In this document: positions 45,718 through 55,721 of the stretch, piece by piece
Numbering within the stretch: the first letter of the stretch is position 1
Layout: every line of letters starts with the position of its first letter
Origin: a virus
Lineage: Duplodnaviria > Caudoviricetes
IMG/VR virus record: IMGVR_UViG_3300025849_003344
Reading direction: 5' to 3' (one strand)
DNA: 64,000 bases
Notes under the pieces: generated by a model
What the model was told of the DNA's origin: nothing
The model's database searches: none
What the model saw: the letters and a program-made list of their open reading frames with translations, nothing else
Translations under genes and position numbers: made by a program

Positions 45718-46637
45718 TGATAAATGTAATAGGCGATATTATTATTGACGAATATTGGTATGGCGATACAACTCGTATTTCGCCTGAGGCTCCCGTACCA
45801 ATTGTAAATCTTAATAAGAAAAAAATATCTTTAGGCGGCGCTGGCAACGTTTATATGAATTTACTTTCTCTTAATAAGAAAGTAACTCTAAACGGATATT
45901 ACGACGCAGCACACGAATATATATTTAATGAGATACAGGCTACCGGTAATCTAATGATTACTGAACAAATGCCGCATAAACTTAGAATTTTTTCTGGCTC
46001 CCAATATATGTCAAGGGTTGATGCCGAAAAAACAATAGAAGAAAATGATGTACAAGATAAATTCTTTGTACCAAACATATATGATGTGGTCATATTATCA
46101 GACTACAATAAAGGAACAGTTAAAGATCCACAAGCGATCATTAAAAAATCTAAGCGCACCATTGTTGACCCAAAAGTTTCATTAGACAAATATAAAGGTG
46201 CTTTCATACTTAAACCAAATCTTAAGGAATTTGAAGACTATATTGGAAAGAAAACAAATCCAAAGTCTTTAATGTCAGAAGCTCAACGATTAAGACATGA
46301 ATTGGAAATTGACCATTTTATTGTCACATTAGGACCAGAAGGAGTTCTATACGTTGGAGATTCTATCGAACACTATGATGCAACTGCTCAAGAAGTGTTT
46401 GATGTTACTGGAGCGGGAGATACCTTTACTGCCGCACTCGCATATGGGATATATAATAACTTAGAAGTTCAAGACTCTGTAATTCTGGCAAATAAAATGG
46501 CTGGATTAGCAGTGAGTAAATCTGGAACCTATGTAATAAATCCTAAAGATTTTAATGAAGCTATGGAAAATATCAATGAATATATTAATAACAGGTCATC
46601 GAGGTTTCATCGGGAAAAACTTATGGCTTTACTTTAG
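45717..46637 (+). CDS. D-glycero-D-manno-heptose 7-phosphate kinase (HldE/RfaE domain I, PfkB family)
   Basis: GDIIIDEYWYG, RISPEAPVP, GGAGNV, SDYNKG, VDPK, DVTGAGDTF. Confidence 0.92.
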   Translation: MINVIGDIIIDEYWYGDTTRISPEAPVPIVNLNKKKISLGGAGNVYMNLLSLNKKVTLNGYYDAAHEYIFNEIQATGNLMITEQMPHKLRIFSGSQYMSRVDAEKTIEENDVQDKFFVPNIYDVVILSDYNKGTVKDPQAIIKKSKRTIVDPKVSLDKYKGAFILKPNLKEFEDYIGKKTNPKSLMSEAQRLRHELEIDHFIVTLGPEGVLYVGDSIEHYDATAQEVFDVTGAGDTFTAALAYGIYNNLEVQDSVILANKMAGLAVSKSGTYVINPKDFNEAMENINEYINNRSSRFHREKLMALL

Positions 46638-47400
46638 ATCAAAAGGGCATAATGTTCAAGGTTGGGAATGGGGCGACACCCCTGAGTTTATTCTACCTAA
46701 AGATTTAGATTTGGTTATTCACTGCGGCGCTATTAGCAGCACCACGGAGAATAATGCCGATAAACTTATGGAGCAAAACTATGAGTTTACCACAGATCTT
46801 ATTGTACAGTGTCTTGAAAAAAATATAGACTTGCAATATGCATCTTCAGCATCTGTGTATGGGGATAGTACTACATTCGATGAAGATGATGAATGTATGC
46901 CTATGAACGGTTATGCGTGGTCTAAGTATCTTATTGATAGGTTTGTGAAAGAAGCTATTAGCCTACCTTTACCTATTAATATCCAAGGCTTCCGATACTT
47001 TAATGTATATGGAAAACATGAAATCAAAAAGGGTAATCAAGCTTCTCCTATTACAAAATTTACTATGCAAGCTATAACCGAAGAATCAATTATGCTATTT
47101 GAAGATTCTGAAAAATACAAACGAGATTTTGTGTGTGTCGACGATGTATGTAAGGTTCATGAACAGATGATTGAGCAAGACGTGTCCGGCATCTTTAATG
47201 TTGGTACGGGTAGAGCAGTTAGTTTCCAGACCGTAGGTGAGCTTATTGCTGAGAAACACAATGTATATATTAATCAAATCCCAATGCCAAATGTATTGCG
47301 TGGAAGTTATCAAGAATTCACTAAAGCTAATATCGATAAGCTAATGAAGCATGTTGATATTGAGTGGACTAGAGTGGAGGATTATATTAACAATGTTTAA
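46576..47400 (+). CDS. hldD: ADP-L-glycero-D-manno-heptose 6-epimerase
   Basis: ITGHRGFIG, HCGAISSTTE, YASSASVYG, YAWSK, FRYFNVYG, RDFVCVDD, FNVGTG. Confidence 0.92.
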   Translation: MNILITGHRGFIGKNLWLYFRSKGHNVQGWEWGDTPEFILPKDLDLVIHCGAISSTTENNADKLMEQNYEFTTDLIVQCLEKNIDLQYASSASVYGDSTTFDEDDECMPMNGYAWSKYLIDRFVKEAISLPLPINIQGFRYFNVYGKHEIKKGNQASPITKFTMQAITEESIMLFEDSEKYKRDFVCVDDVCKVHEQMIEQDVSGIFNVGTGRAVSFQTVGELIAEKHNVYINQIPMPNVLRGSYQEFTKANIDKLMKHVDIEWTRVEDYINNV

Positions 47401-48043
47401 TATGTGGGGTGAGTCAACGAGTCAGCAAACACAAGAACCACAGAATGGGTCGGCCGATCAACACCTGGATAGAAAACAGCTTAATGCCAAATACCCAAAA
47501 CCTCTTATTGCCATTGATCGCGATGGAGTTATTATTGAGTGTAATGGTAATGTAAAAACGCCTGAACAATTCATTCCAATTGAAGGATCCATCCAAGCCA
47601 TTTCATTGCTGAGATCGAAGGGATATAAAGTAGCAATTGTTTTTGATCAACCAGGCATTTCTAAAAATGAAATTACAATTGCAGAAGTTGAAAATATGAA
47701 TGTTTTCATGTTAGACTTATTTGGAAAGGCTGGATGTCCTAGTATTGATGGTATTCTCTATAACACATCTGAATCAAAGGATGATCCATGGTCAAAGCCA
47801 AAGCCACTGATGTTTAATAGATTACGCGACGAATTTAAGGTACCTACTAAAGGTGGATATTATGTGGGTGATAGACTCGTCGATGCTAAAATGGCTAATA
47901 AAGGAAAGCTTAAACCAGTCTTAGTTAGAACAGGCCAGTATTCTGAGGACTTGAAGAAATTTGATAGCTTTTCTAATAAGCAGCTAAAAAAGAAAACAAA
48001 GGTGTTTGATAATCTATTAGAGTTTGCAATATCTCTTCCATAA
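47393..48043 (+). CDS. gmhB: D,D-heptose 1,7-bisphosphate phosphatase (HAD)
   Basis: IDRDGVI, DQPGI, SKPKPLMF, YVGDRLVD, LVRTG. Confidence 0.85.
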   Translation: MFNMWGESTSQQTQEPQNGSADQHLDRKQLNAKYPKPLIAIDRDGVIIECNGNVKTPEQFIPIEGSIQAISLLRSKGYKVAIVFDQPGISKNEITIAEVENMNVFMLDLFGKAGCPSIDGILYNTSESKDDPWSKPKPLMFNRLRDEFKVPTKGGYYVGDRLVDAKMANKGKLKPVLVRTGQYSEDLKKFDSFSNKQLKKKTKVFDNLLEFAISLP

Positions 48044-48069
48044 AAAAAGGCGGCCACGGGCCGCCTTTT
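48042..48069. terminator. Bidirectional rho-independent terminator between convergent genes
   Basis: A7-GGCGGCC-ACG-GGCCGCC-T4. Confidence 0.9.
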
Positions 48070-48088
48070 GAGTTTGAGGTGCTTAGTA

Positions 48089-49900
48089 TTATTCGTTAGG
48101 AACTTTGATTAGCTTACCGTGTTCTGGCAAATACATATATTCAATATCTGATTTAACAAGAGTCATAATAGCATCATCGATTGTCTCAACGAGTGGATCT
48201 CCGCCCAGGTTAAAACTGGTATTGAACACAATGGGAACACCAGTCTTTTCTTTAAACGCTTTAATTAGTTTATAGTATAGAGGATTCTGTTCTTCAGTTA
48301 CAGTCTGAATTCGACATGTTCCATCAACGTGGATAATAGAAGGAATCTTTTCTTCAATACCAGGTTGACAGTTGACAGCATACATCATATGTGGTGTCTC
48401 ATCCATACCACGAAGATCAAACCATTCGTGAACATCTTCAGCTAGAATGGATCCAGCAAACGGTCTAAAATATTCACGGTCCTTAACTAGATTAACATAA
48501 TCTTTACCATCTTCAAAAGTTGGATCGAAAAGAATAGACCTATTACCTAATGCACGTGGCCCATTTTCTGAACGACCTTGATAGAATGTGACAATGTTCT
48601 TATCTGTCATTAGATCTACAACGTCTGTTTCAGTAGCATCTGTCACTTCAGCTTCTTCATATTTTGAAACAGCATTCATAACATCATCGGTAGTATATTG
48701 ATGATCTGGGCCAAGATATAGAGTGTCTAGCTTACGGTTAGTTTCATCATCTGTACGAGCGTGCCAGTACATAAGTGCAGCGCCCATAGCGGTACCAGCA
48801 TCATTTGAAATTGGTTCAACATAAATGTTAATACCTTCATCCTTTAGAGCTTCAAGGTAGTGGTAGTTGGCTACGCAATTAAGACCATATCCACCAGAAA
48901 TCACTACGTTGTTTTGACCAGACATTTCAACAGCTTTGCGAATAAGCTTGACCATCTCATCTTGAGTCTGAGTTTGAATAGCATACGCCATATCACGACG
49001 ACAGGTTAGCTTAGTAGCATCTCCTTGCACATTTTCCCAATCTTCTTGTGATGCTTGAAAGAAGTCATAAAAACCTTCATTTACAAAAGCTCCATTAGGA
49101 ACATTGGGAATAAACATATTACGATCAAACACACCTGGAACCGGCGAGCGTGGATCAAACAGATTTTTCAAGTTTTCATTTTCTGATCCATATGGAAAAA
49201 GACCCATTGTCTTTCCAGCTTCAATTGGTTGCCATCCACAATATTGTGTTACAGCCTCATAGGCTTTAGTCAAGCCCCCTCGGTCAGTAATCATAGCATC
49301 AAATTGGCCTTCTTCGCCAAACATCTCACTATCAAGTTTGGTCATCGTGCCAACAAGCGGATCTCTACAACCTAAATGCTTATATAAAGTTTTAAAAGCT
49401 GCAGGATATTCACAGTTAATAATTGATTCATATTCCCAAATAGCAATCCCGCCACCTTGGGGATTGGAAATAGGAATCACCGAACCTGCGCCATCAGCAA
49501 TTAGAGCTACAGCTTCATCAAACGGTGAGCGATAGAATGCTATAGCAGCATGTAGCTTGTGATGCATAATAGACATATCAATTACTTGCGGGTGATTTGG
49601 GCCTCTAGCGTGACGATCGATTAGACCTAGTTTGCGCGACAGGCCAGTATATACATCATCTCCACTAAAGTCAACTTTACCCGCAGTTTCATGCAACGAT
49701 TGGGTGTGAGCAATTACCAGATAATCAAGCTTATCTGTATAATCGAGAATCTTAACAATACCTGCATATGGCCCACCATCATATTTTGCACGTGAAAGGC
49801 GTTCTTCTTCAATAGAGAATACAATCTCGCCATTTTTCAGAAGGCAGACTCCAGCATTGTGACCTCGAGCAATACCTGCAATCCATACATCATTTTCCAT
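48089..49900 (-). CDS. Carbamoyltransferase, NodU/CmcH/TobZ family (full length)
   Basis: GHNAG, EEERLSRAK, HHKLHA, GKTMGL, SGGYGLNC, DAGTAMG, GPRALGNRSIL, REYFRPFA, HVDGTCR, NTSFN. Confidence 0.95.
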   Translation of the reverse strand: MENDVWIAGIARGHNAGVCLLKNGEIVFSIEEERLSRAKYDGGPYAGIVKILDYTDKLDYLVIAHTQSLHETAGKVDFSGDDVYTGLSRKLGLIDRHARGPNHPQVIDMSIMHHKLHAAIAFYRSPFDEAVALIADGAGSVIPISNPQGGGIAIWEYESIINCEYPAAFKTLYKHLGCRDPLVGTMTKLDSEMFGEEGQFDAMITDRGGLTKAYEAVTQYCGWQPIEAGKTMGLFPYGSENENLKNLFDPRSPVPGVFDRNMFIPNVPNGAFVNEGFYDFFQASQEDWENVQGDATKLTCRRDMAYAIQTQTQDEMVKLIRKAVEMSGQNNVVISGGYGLNCVANYHYLEALKDEGINIYVEPISNDAGTAMGAALMYWHARTDDETNRKLDTLYLGPDHQYTTDDVMNAVSKYEEAEVTDATETDVVDLMTDKNIVTFYQGRSENGPRALGNRSILFDPTFEDGKDYVNLVKDREYFRPFAGSILAEDVHEWFDLRGMDETPHMMYAVNCQPGIEEKIPSIIHVDGTCRIQTVTEEQNPLYYKLIKAFKEKTGVPIVFNTSFNLGGDPLVETIDDAIMTLVKSDIEYMYLPEHGKLIKVPNE

Positions 49901-50852
49901 TCTTAGCACCTTTGCTCACAACAATATCCAATTCTTTAGCAATTTCATCAACCGCTTTATCAGAAAGCATCATAACTCCTTCATGTGATCTTCCAATTTC
50001 TTCTTCAAAAGAAATACGGATCGGATCATATCGACGTTTACCTGCTCCCAAGTCTAACACTTGAAATATATCATTGTCATCATAGCTTACATTTTCTGGG
50101 TATGTTGCGCCAACGACTGTAACTGCTGGCGTTTCTAAAGAGTACGCGAAATGCTGACCCACGCTATCACAACCAAGAAAACCATCAGCGGCTTTAATTG
50201 CACTTGCCCAAATCCGCAAGGGCGCGCCTTCTGGTTGAGCAACAGCCTCGGTAATACCAAACTGTGAAAAGTCTGTAGGGAACTCACTCATAAGAACAAT
50301 AGCATATTTCTTTTGTAACTTCTTAATAAGTTTTACAGTATCACTCACTGAGAAACTCCGCCCGCCACTATCTATTAGTTGTTGACCTTTGTTTCCCATA
50401 GGCTGAGTACTACGACCATATGGTTGAAATACAATTACCTTTTGCTTTTGAGTTTTTTCTTTTACTTCATCAATGATATCTTTTCCACTGATGAGTTCGT
50501 CAGCCCAAAGATGAAGGTTTGGTGCTGGAAGATCTCGAACACCCTTATTATTAATTTGAATATCAAACGCCTGCGCTAGGCTAGCTTTTTGATTATAATA
50601 CTCCCACACTCGATATGGTTCGGTAGACACACAAGTTCGGTTTTTAATCTTATCTTCAAAAAGTCCTTTATGCCAGTTATCAAAGGCGCGCCTATGTAAG
50701 GTTGGATGACCCTTGTACATGTCCATGCCACCTTCACAGACAATGATAAAATCATCATCTGGATTGTCTACTTCATATTTTTCTAAAGCTGGAATTGAGC
50801 AGACGTGACGTCCTGCTCCACCGTTCACGAAGAACGCGGTTGATCTTGTCAT
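49890..50852 (-). CDS. GT9 (heptosyltransferase)-like glycosyltransferase
   Basis: GGAGRHVCSIPAL; VFQPYG; GFLGCDSVGQHFAYSLETPAVTVVGAT resembles the GT9 GxDSGxxHxAxA..P....GPT motif. Confidence 0.65.
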   Translation of the reverse strand: MTRSTAFFVNGGAGRHVCSIPALEKYEVDNPDDDFIIVCEGGMDMYKGHPTLHRRAFDNWHKGLFEDKIKNRTCVSTEPYRVWEYYNQKASLAQAFDIQINNKGVRDLPAPNLHLWADELISGKDIIDEVKEKTQKQKVIVFQPYGRSTQPMGNKGQQLIDSGGRSFSVSDTVKLIKKLQKKYAIVLMSEFPTDFSQFGITEAVAQPEGAPLRIWASAIKAADGFLGCDSVGQHFAYSLETPAVTVVGATYPENVSYDDNDIFQVLDLGAGKRRYDPIRISFEEEIGRSHEGVMMLSDKAVDEIAKELDIVVSKGAKNGK

Positions 50853-50883
50853 TTTGCACCTCACAAGAATAAATTATAAATGA

Positions 50884-50950
50884 ATGATTAATTAATCATC
50901 ATGTCTTATATATACATGATTTAATGGAGCCTTATTTCTAAAGCTCCATT
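50884..50950. other. Cluster of three inverted repeats in an intergenic region
   Basis: ATGATTAATTAATCAT (perfect 16-bp palindrome); ATCATGT-N9-ACATGAT; AATGGAGC-N12-GCTCCATT (probable terminator). Confidence 0.55.
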
Positions 50951-50957
50951 ATTTTTA

Positions 50958-51644
50958 TTATGCGCTGTCGTTAGCTGCCGCAAGAGAGGCTACAAGAGAA
51001 TCGGAATCTCCAGGAGTTAGCCTAAACCCTACCTCGTGCGGAAGTAATCCAGCGGTTTGCCAAGCATCGACTTTATTTTCAGCTTCCGTTTTACACGAAT
51101 TATATGCAGCGACTATGTCGGAATCAGCACCTGCTGAATCGTTTTCTGCTAACCACGTATTAATAGAGTTAACCACAGCATCTGCCTGATTAGCTATACC
51201 GCTCCACGTCATCCAAGTCGTATGCCATGGATAAGGTTTAACCCATGACAAAGTTTCTTCATTCCACCGCATAGCATCTGCTTGATATGCTTTATGAGGT
51301 GGAAGGGGCCATGGATACGAATACGTGACACCATCTGGACCAGTTTTTACTTTTTGAGGAAGATCACTAATATCTGAATCTCTCATTCCCCAAAGAATAG
51401 AGGCTTCCAGCGGATTACCCAATGCATTCAATAGAAGGCATTGGTCATGGTCATTAGCATCTTCTGCATTCCATGCATCCAGCGTTGTTTCATCTACCGA
51501 TTGAATCATGCCATTATCTGATAGGTGAACGTGAAGATATTTTGGCCCGTGATATGTAAAGCTAGCTGAGGAATCATTTTCTGCCTCTTGTAGCGTATAA
51601 TCGTCGGGTACTTTATACGTAAAAGTTTTTGTTACTCTAGACAT
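50958..51644 (-). CDS. Hypothetical protein at the end of the fibre module
   Basis: Last gene of the Cys-rich operon; Trp/Pro-rich central part. Confidence 0.7.
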   Translation of the reverse strand: MSRVTKTFTYKVPDDYTLQEAENDSSASFTYHGPKYLHVHLSDNGMIQSVDETTLDAWNAEDANDHDQCLLLNALGNPLEASILWGMRDSDISDLPQKVKTGPDGVTYSYPWPLPPHKAYQADAMRWNEETLSWVKPYPWHTTWMTWSGIANQADAVVNSINTWLAENDSAGADSDIVAAYNSCKTEAENKVDAWQTAGLLPHEVGFRLTPGDSDSLVASLAAANDSA

Positions 51645-51653
51645 TTTATTTCC

Positions 51654-52694
51654 TTATGAATAGCTTATTCTTATCATTCCGGGACCACCACGGGAACCAC
51701 AGCAACAGGTACCACCGCATGTAGCAGGTGTAAACCCACCTTGACCTACAGCTTGCTGGTTTGGCGCGCCCGTCGCAATAATACCTGATCCAACCATCAT
51801 ACATTGAAAGTAGTTGTGCACGCCGCCTATCGTATTACACCATTTAATTGCAACAAGACCACCATTTACTGAAGGTTTTTCAATATGACCCATTACAGGC
51901 AACTTAAAAAGGCCACCGGGGTAGGGAACAAATTCTTTATCGCCGCAACGCGACGCGTCAATGCCGGACGATGTCCCACAACATGATGTTTGATGGCATG
52001 CGTATATACCCTTACTTCCCCCATCAGCACCATAGTATTTTGCTGGAGCGAATACATCGTTATCACTATCTGTCGTGGATCTGCCTAACATACAATCCAT
52101 TCTAACTGTAACGCAAGCAAAGCAGGTATTTGCGGTATGATACCCTTGACCATAAGTTGACGATGCCCAACCACAACAGACAGCAGCTCCAGGGTTTCCG
52201 CCCTCGGCGCAAAGATTGTCGAGGCCTGTTCCTGTAACATATGTTTTCATCCCCCGCGTACCGCGGCTAACAAATCCTAAGCCTTGGTCAGTTAACACTG
52301 TTGTGCCATCAGCGCAGAATGTGCGTGTGCAACAGTGTCTTTCTACACCATTAAAACACAAGGTGTATACGTCACCTGGAGTAACATCTACGGCTTTATA
52401 GGCATAAGCTCCAGATCCTCCACCCAAACCCTGTGAGCAGAGATTGGATCCAGCACCCATGCCGCCGCCACCCCACAGGTGAAATGTTGCTCTGCTAGTT
52501 CCAACTGGAACTTCCCATTTATACTTAAAATAAAGTTCGGGGCAAAGTGCATCTGACCGTATCGCGGTACAATACTGTCCCTCGACGTTGCTTCTAACTT
52601 TAAAAAAGAAGTCATTCACATCATCATCAGCGGCGTTGATATTAGGTTGATCCGCAGAATATTGACCTAAGAATGATTGTAGTTGTTTAGCCAT
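51654..52694 (-). CDS. Cys/Gly-rich paralogue 6 (glycine-rich fibre-associated domain)
   Basis: MAKQL; WEVPVGTSRATFHLWGGGG; GAYAYK; TCGGTCCCG..GGPGMIRISY. Confidence 0.7.
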   Translation of the reverse strand: MAKQLQSFLGQYSADQPNINAADDDVNDFFFKVRSNVEGQYCTAIRSDALCPELYFKYKWEVPVGTSRATFHLWGGGGMGAGSNLCSQGLGGGSGAYAYKAVDVTPGDVYTLCFNGVERHCCTRTFCADGTTVLTDQGLGFVSRGTRGMKTYVTGTGLDNLCAEGGNPGAAVCCGWASSTYGQGYHTANTCFACVTVRMDCMLGRSTTDSDNDVFAPAKYYGADGGSKGIYACHQTSCCGTSSGIDASRCGDKEFVPYPGGLFKLPVMGHIEKPSVNGGLVAIKWCNTIGGVHNYFQCMMVGSGIIATGAPNQQAVGQGGFTPATCGGTCCCGSRGGPGMIRISYS

Positions 52695-53695
52695 TATGCT
52701 TCATCCTCATGAAATCTAATTATTTGCAGCGGGGAGGATCCAGGGGCGCCGCAGCAGCACGCGCCACCACACGTTTGGGCTGATGGAAGGCTCATCCCCT
52801 GCATCATATAACCTGAATACTCCGACCGACCACCATAATCGCAACAGTATGTGTTCCGATGAGAGAACCCACCCATTCCTTGCTCGCAGAAATCAGTCAT
52901 TCTTATCATTACTGAACCACTTCTATAACCAGATTGCTTCCAGTTACCAAATGAAGACCACATGGGTTTTCCACAAATGCCGCTGTCACAGCGGTTAATA
53001 CACGATCCAGATTCGAAGCCATAGTTAGAAGACGCCTTACAATACACACAATCGTACCCATAATCTTCAGCGGGCGTTGGGTTTTCCAAACAGGATGAGT
53101 GGCAAGTCGCCATAGTACATCCACGACAAGATGGATGAAGCGCAGCACCGCTTGAGCCAAGTGCGCCATAATTACAGCATGGATTATAACCATAAGTACA
53201 GACACCTGCAGCGCCACATCCGCTTTCAGTCTTTATACAGTTAATAATTGTTCCACCAGCACCACCAGATCTATGCTGTACATTAGTATGACCGCTACAT
53301 TTTCCATTGCACTCCGGGGTGCAACAACCGCAACCACTGGAAACGCAAATGAATAGATGATCACTATCTCCAACCCATTGAGGAGAATATTTAGCAACGC
53401 CGCCAGACCTACCAGATGAGCTTTGTTGGCAACAGCATGTGCCGCCTGATGGCCCACCGCCGCCAAACATATATATGTCGGTGCCACCATCTTCGAGTTT
53501 ACCCTTTTTCATACTCCCGCCGCAAAACGTATGGCGCTTCCTGTCCATATGATAGTGTTGGTGGCCATAGTCTGTACCGCCGGCGCAGCCATTCATATCT
53601 GGTCCGTACGGACCAGTATATACTATAGTCTTATATTTTAAGTCAGACGTTGCCGTTATAGACCCAGGTTGAAATGTCGATAAATTTTTTGCCAT
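52694..53695 (-). CDS. Cys/Gly-rich paralogue 5
   Basis: MAKNL; IYMFGGGG; GTCCCQ; TCGGACCCG. 32 Cys in 333 aa by my count. Confidence 0.7.
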   Translation of the reverse strand: MAKNLSTFQPGSITATSDLKYKTIVYTGPYGPDMNGCAGGTDYGHQHYHMDRKRHTFCGGSMKKGKLEDGGTDIYMFGGGGPSGGTCCCQQSSSGRSGGVAKYSPQWVGDSDHLFICVSSGCGCCTPECNGKCSGHTNVQHRSGGAGGTIINCIKTESGCGAAGVCTYGYNPCCNYGALGSSGAALHPSCRGCTMATCHSSCLENPTPAEDYGYDCVYCKASSNYGFESGSCINRCDSGICGKPMWSSFGNWKQSGYRSGSVMIRMTDFCEQGMGGFSHRNTYCCDYGGRSEYSGYMMQGMSLPSAQTCGGACCCGAPGSSPLQIIRFHEDEA

Positions 53696-54612
53696 TAGGT
53701 TCCATCCTCGAAAGTATTACAGCAGCTGTATGTTATCCTAATTCTTCCAGGACTCCAATATCCGCCACAAGCCGAGTTTCCACCGCAATGTGCTACACCT
53801 GGTTTACCCCAACCTGCCATAAACACTTTGCCGCTTTCGGAGTTGCAAGAACCATAGAAGTCTGAAAGAATACCATCAGTAGGGCCTGATCCCCCACAAC
53901 ATATATTAGTACTACTCAGCTGAAGATGTCCTATTAAATGGCCACCTCTTTTATTCCAAAGCCCACCTGGATAAGGTATACCTTGTCTATAATAGTTATA
54001 ATTCGTTTGATCAAGGGCTGAGTCGATCAACTGAATAAATCCAGGATGCCCTCTAGTGCCTCCGTCAGCGCCAAAATATCTTGCTCCCTCATTTTCACTA
54101 TCTTGGAACATATATTGTTTTGATCCATCTGCTGGCGCAAGATTGCAACATACTACAGAAGATGAGCATCCGTGTTCAGCACAGAAATTTGTCAACCCTG
54201 TGCCAGTAATCCAAGTGTGGCGATTGGTATTGTTACATGGCGTTGATTTTGTCGTATCAGATCCTCCATTTGGAGGATAACAGCAATATTGCCAAGCAGT
54301 ATGAGTTCTATAACATGTGTTTGGAGTAACAGTCAAATATTTATATGCATACGCCCCAGCCGCGGCAGGTCCAGAGTACATACAATTGCATCCGCCACCC
54401 GGCGCGCCACCTGTGCCCCATATCTCAAACTTTACACAGCAGATATCTGCAGGCACGCAAAAGAATTGCTCATGTGTAAAATTCACACATGACCGATCCT
54501 CGTTAAAACGTGTTCTTGGAACATAATCCCATGTACAATAAGGAACTAGACCAGCAACGTCGACCGACGATGAGCCTATAGATTTTACAAAAGTGTTTAG
54601 ATTCTTAGCCAT
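53695..54612 (-). CDS. Cys/Gly-rich paralogue 4
   Basis: MAKNL; FCVPADICCVKFEIWGTGG; GAYAYK; GLTNFCAE; PGRIRITY. Confidence 0.7.
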   Translation of the reverse strand: MAKNLNTFVKSIGSSSVDVAGLVPYCTWDYVPRTRFNEDRSCVNFTHEQFFCVPADICCVKFEIWGTGGAPGGGCNCMYSGPAAAGAYAYKYLTVTPNTCYRTHTAWQYCCYPPNGGSDTTKSTPCNNTNRHTWITGTGLTNFCAEHGCSSSVVCCNLAPADGSKQYMFQDSENEGARYFGADGGTRGHPGFIQLIDSALDQTNYNYYRQGIPYPGGLWNKRGGHLIGHLQLSSTNICCGGSGPTDGILSDFYGSCNSESGKVFMAGWGKPGVAHCGGNSACGGYWSPGRIRITYSCCNTFEDGT

Positions 54613-54620
54613 ACTAATTC

Positions 54621-55700
54621 CTATTTATACGTGATAGCCACTAGGCCCATACCACCATAATCGCCACAGCAACATGTTCCGCCACATGTCCATGAACTTG
54701 CCCCACCAACACCTATCATAGCACCACCATTATCAAATTGATTGTTAGCTACTGTTGAGCCCATCATCATCTGCCGTTCAGCGGTACCGTGCGGCCCAAA
54801 CATTCCGAAGGAGGTGTTAACGCAATTCCGATAGTGATTGCCTACATGATATCCATACTTACTATTTAGTGTAGTTCCCATCCACCATTTCCCGCCAGGC
54901 ATTGCAATCCAGTGAATAAAGCTGGATTCATTACAACAGTTAGCTTCGAAGCAGCCGCAACAACCGTGCTGCCATTCAGAATGTAGTCCTCTTGACCCGC
55001 CATCTGCTCCATAGTAACAAGCAGTTCTAAATCTAGAACTATCGCTATCGTTAGGATCTCTGTCTAACATATCACAAGCCCTAACCCTAGCATCCTGTTC
55101 GAATGTTACGCCGCGGCCACCATTGGGGCCGTCAAAAAGCCGGGCACAGCCACCTCTGATATGCGCTTGAGCCGTAAAGCCAGGATTCCCGCCTTCAGCA
55201 CAAAAGTTTGTAAGACCTGGGCCAGTTACATAAGCAGTGATACCTTTACATCCTGCCATAATATAACAAGTGCAACTGGCGGCCGTGGCGTCCCAGCTTT
55301 CCGCAGCCGTTCCCGGAGGGCAACAGAAATGCGCGGCTGAGGTGGAGCAAGATAATGTTTGCACATCACCTAAGCATGAAACATATCTGTCACCTGCTGA
55401 AAACCCGCTTGTTATTTTCTTATATGCATACGCTCCAGCACCAGCGTGAAAACCTTGCATACAACAATGTGAGCCGGCTCCAACGCCTCCGCTTCCCCAT
55501 GCATGGACAGTTATTTCTGAGGTCCCCGGAGGAACTATCCAAACGTCTTTAGTCCCACCCGCATTTGCGGAAGATCCATGACGCGTGATCCAGTCCACAC
55601 CGGTGCCGATTTTCTGATTAGTAAACCAATGAACTTTCACCTCGGTCTCGGCAACTTGGGAAGGTGCCAAATTAATTAGAGATTGTAATGTTTTAGCCAT
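54621..55700 (-). CDS. Cys/Gly-rich paralogue 3
   Basis: MAKTL; WIVPPG...HAWGSGG; GAYAYK; GLTNFCAEGG; TCGGTCCCG. Confidence 0.7.
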   Translation of the reverse strand: MAKTLQSLINLAPSQVAETEVKVHWFTNQKIGTGVDWITRHGSSANAGGTKDVWIVPPGTSEITVHAWGSGGVGAGSHCCMQGFHAGAGAYAYKKITSGFSAGDRYVSCLGDVQTLSCSTSAAHFCCPPGTAAESWDATAASCTCYIMAGCKGITAYVTGPGLTNFCAEGGNPGFTAQAHIRGGCARLFDGPNGGRGVTFEQDARVRACDMLDRDPNDSDSSRFRTACYYGADGGSRGLHSEWQHGCCGCFEANCCNESSFIHWIAMPGGKWWMGTTLNSKYGYHVGNHYRNCVNTSFGMFGPHGTAERQMMMGSTVANNQFDNGGAMIGVGGASSWTCGGTCCCGDYGGMGLVAITYK

Positions 55701-55721
55701 ATTATCCTACTTTTCCTAGCA

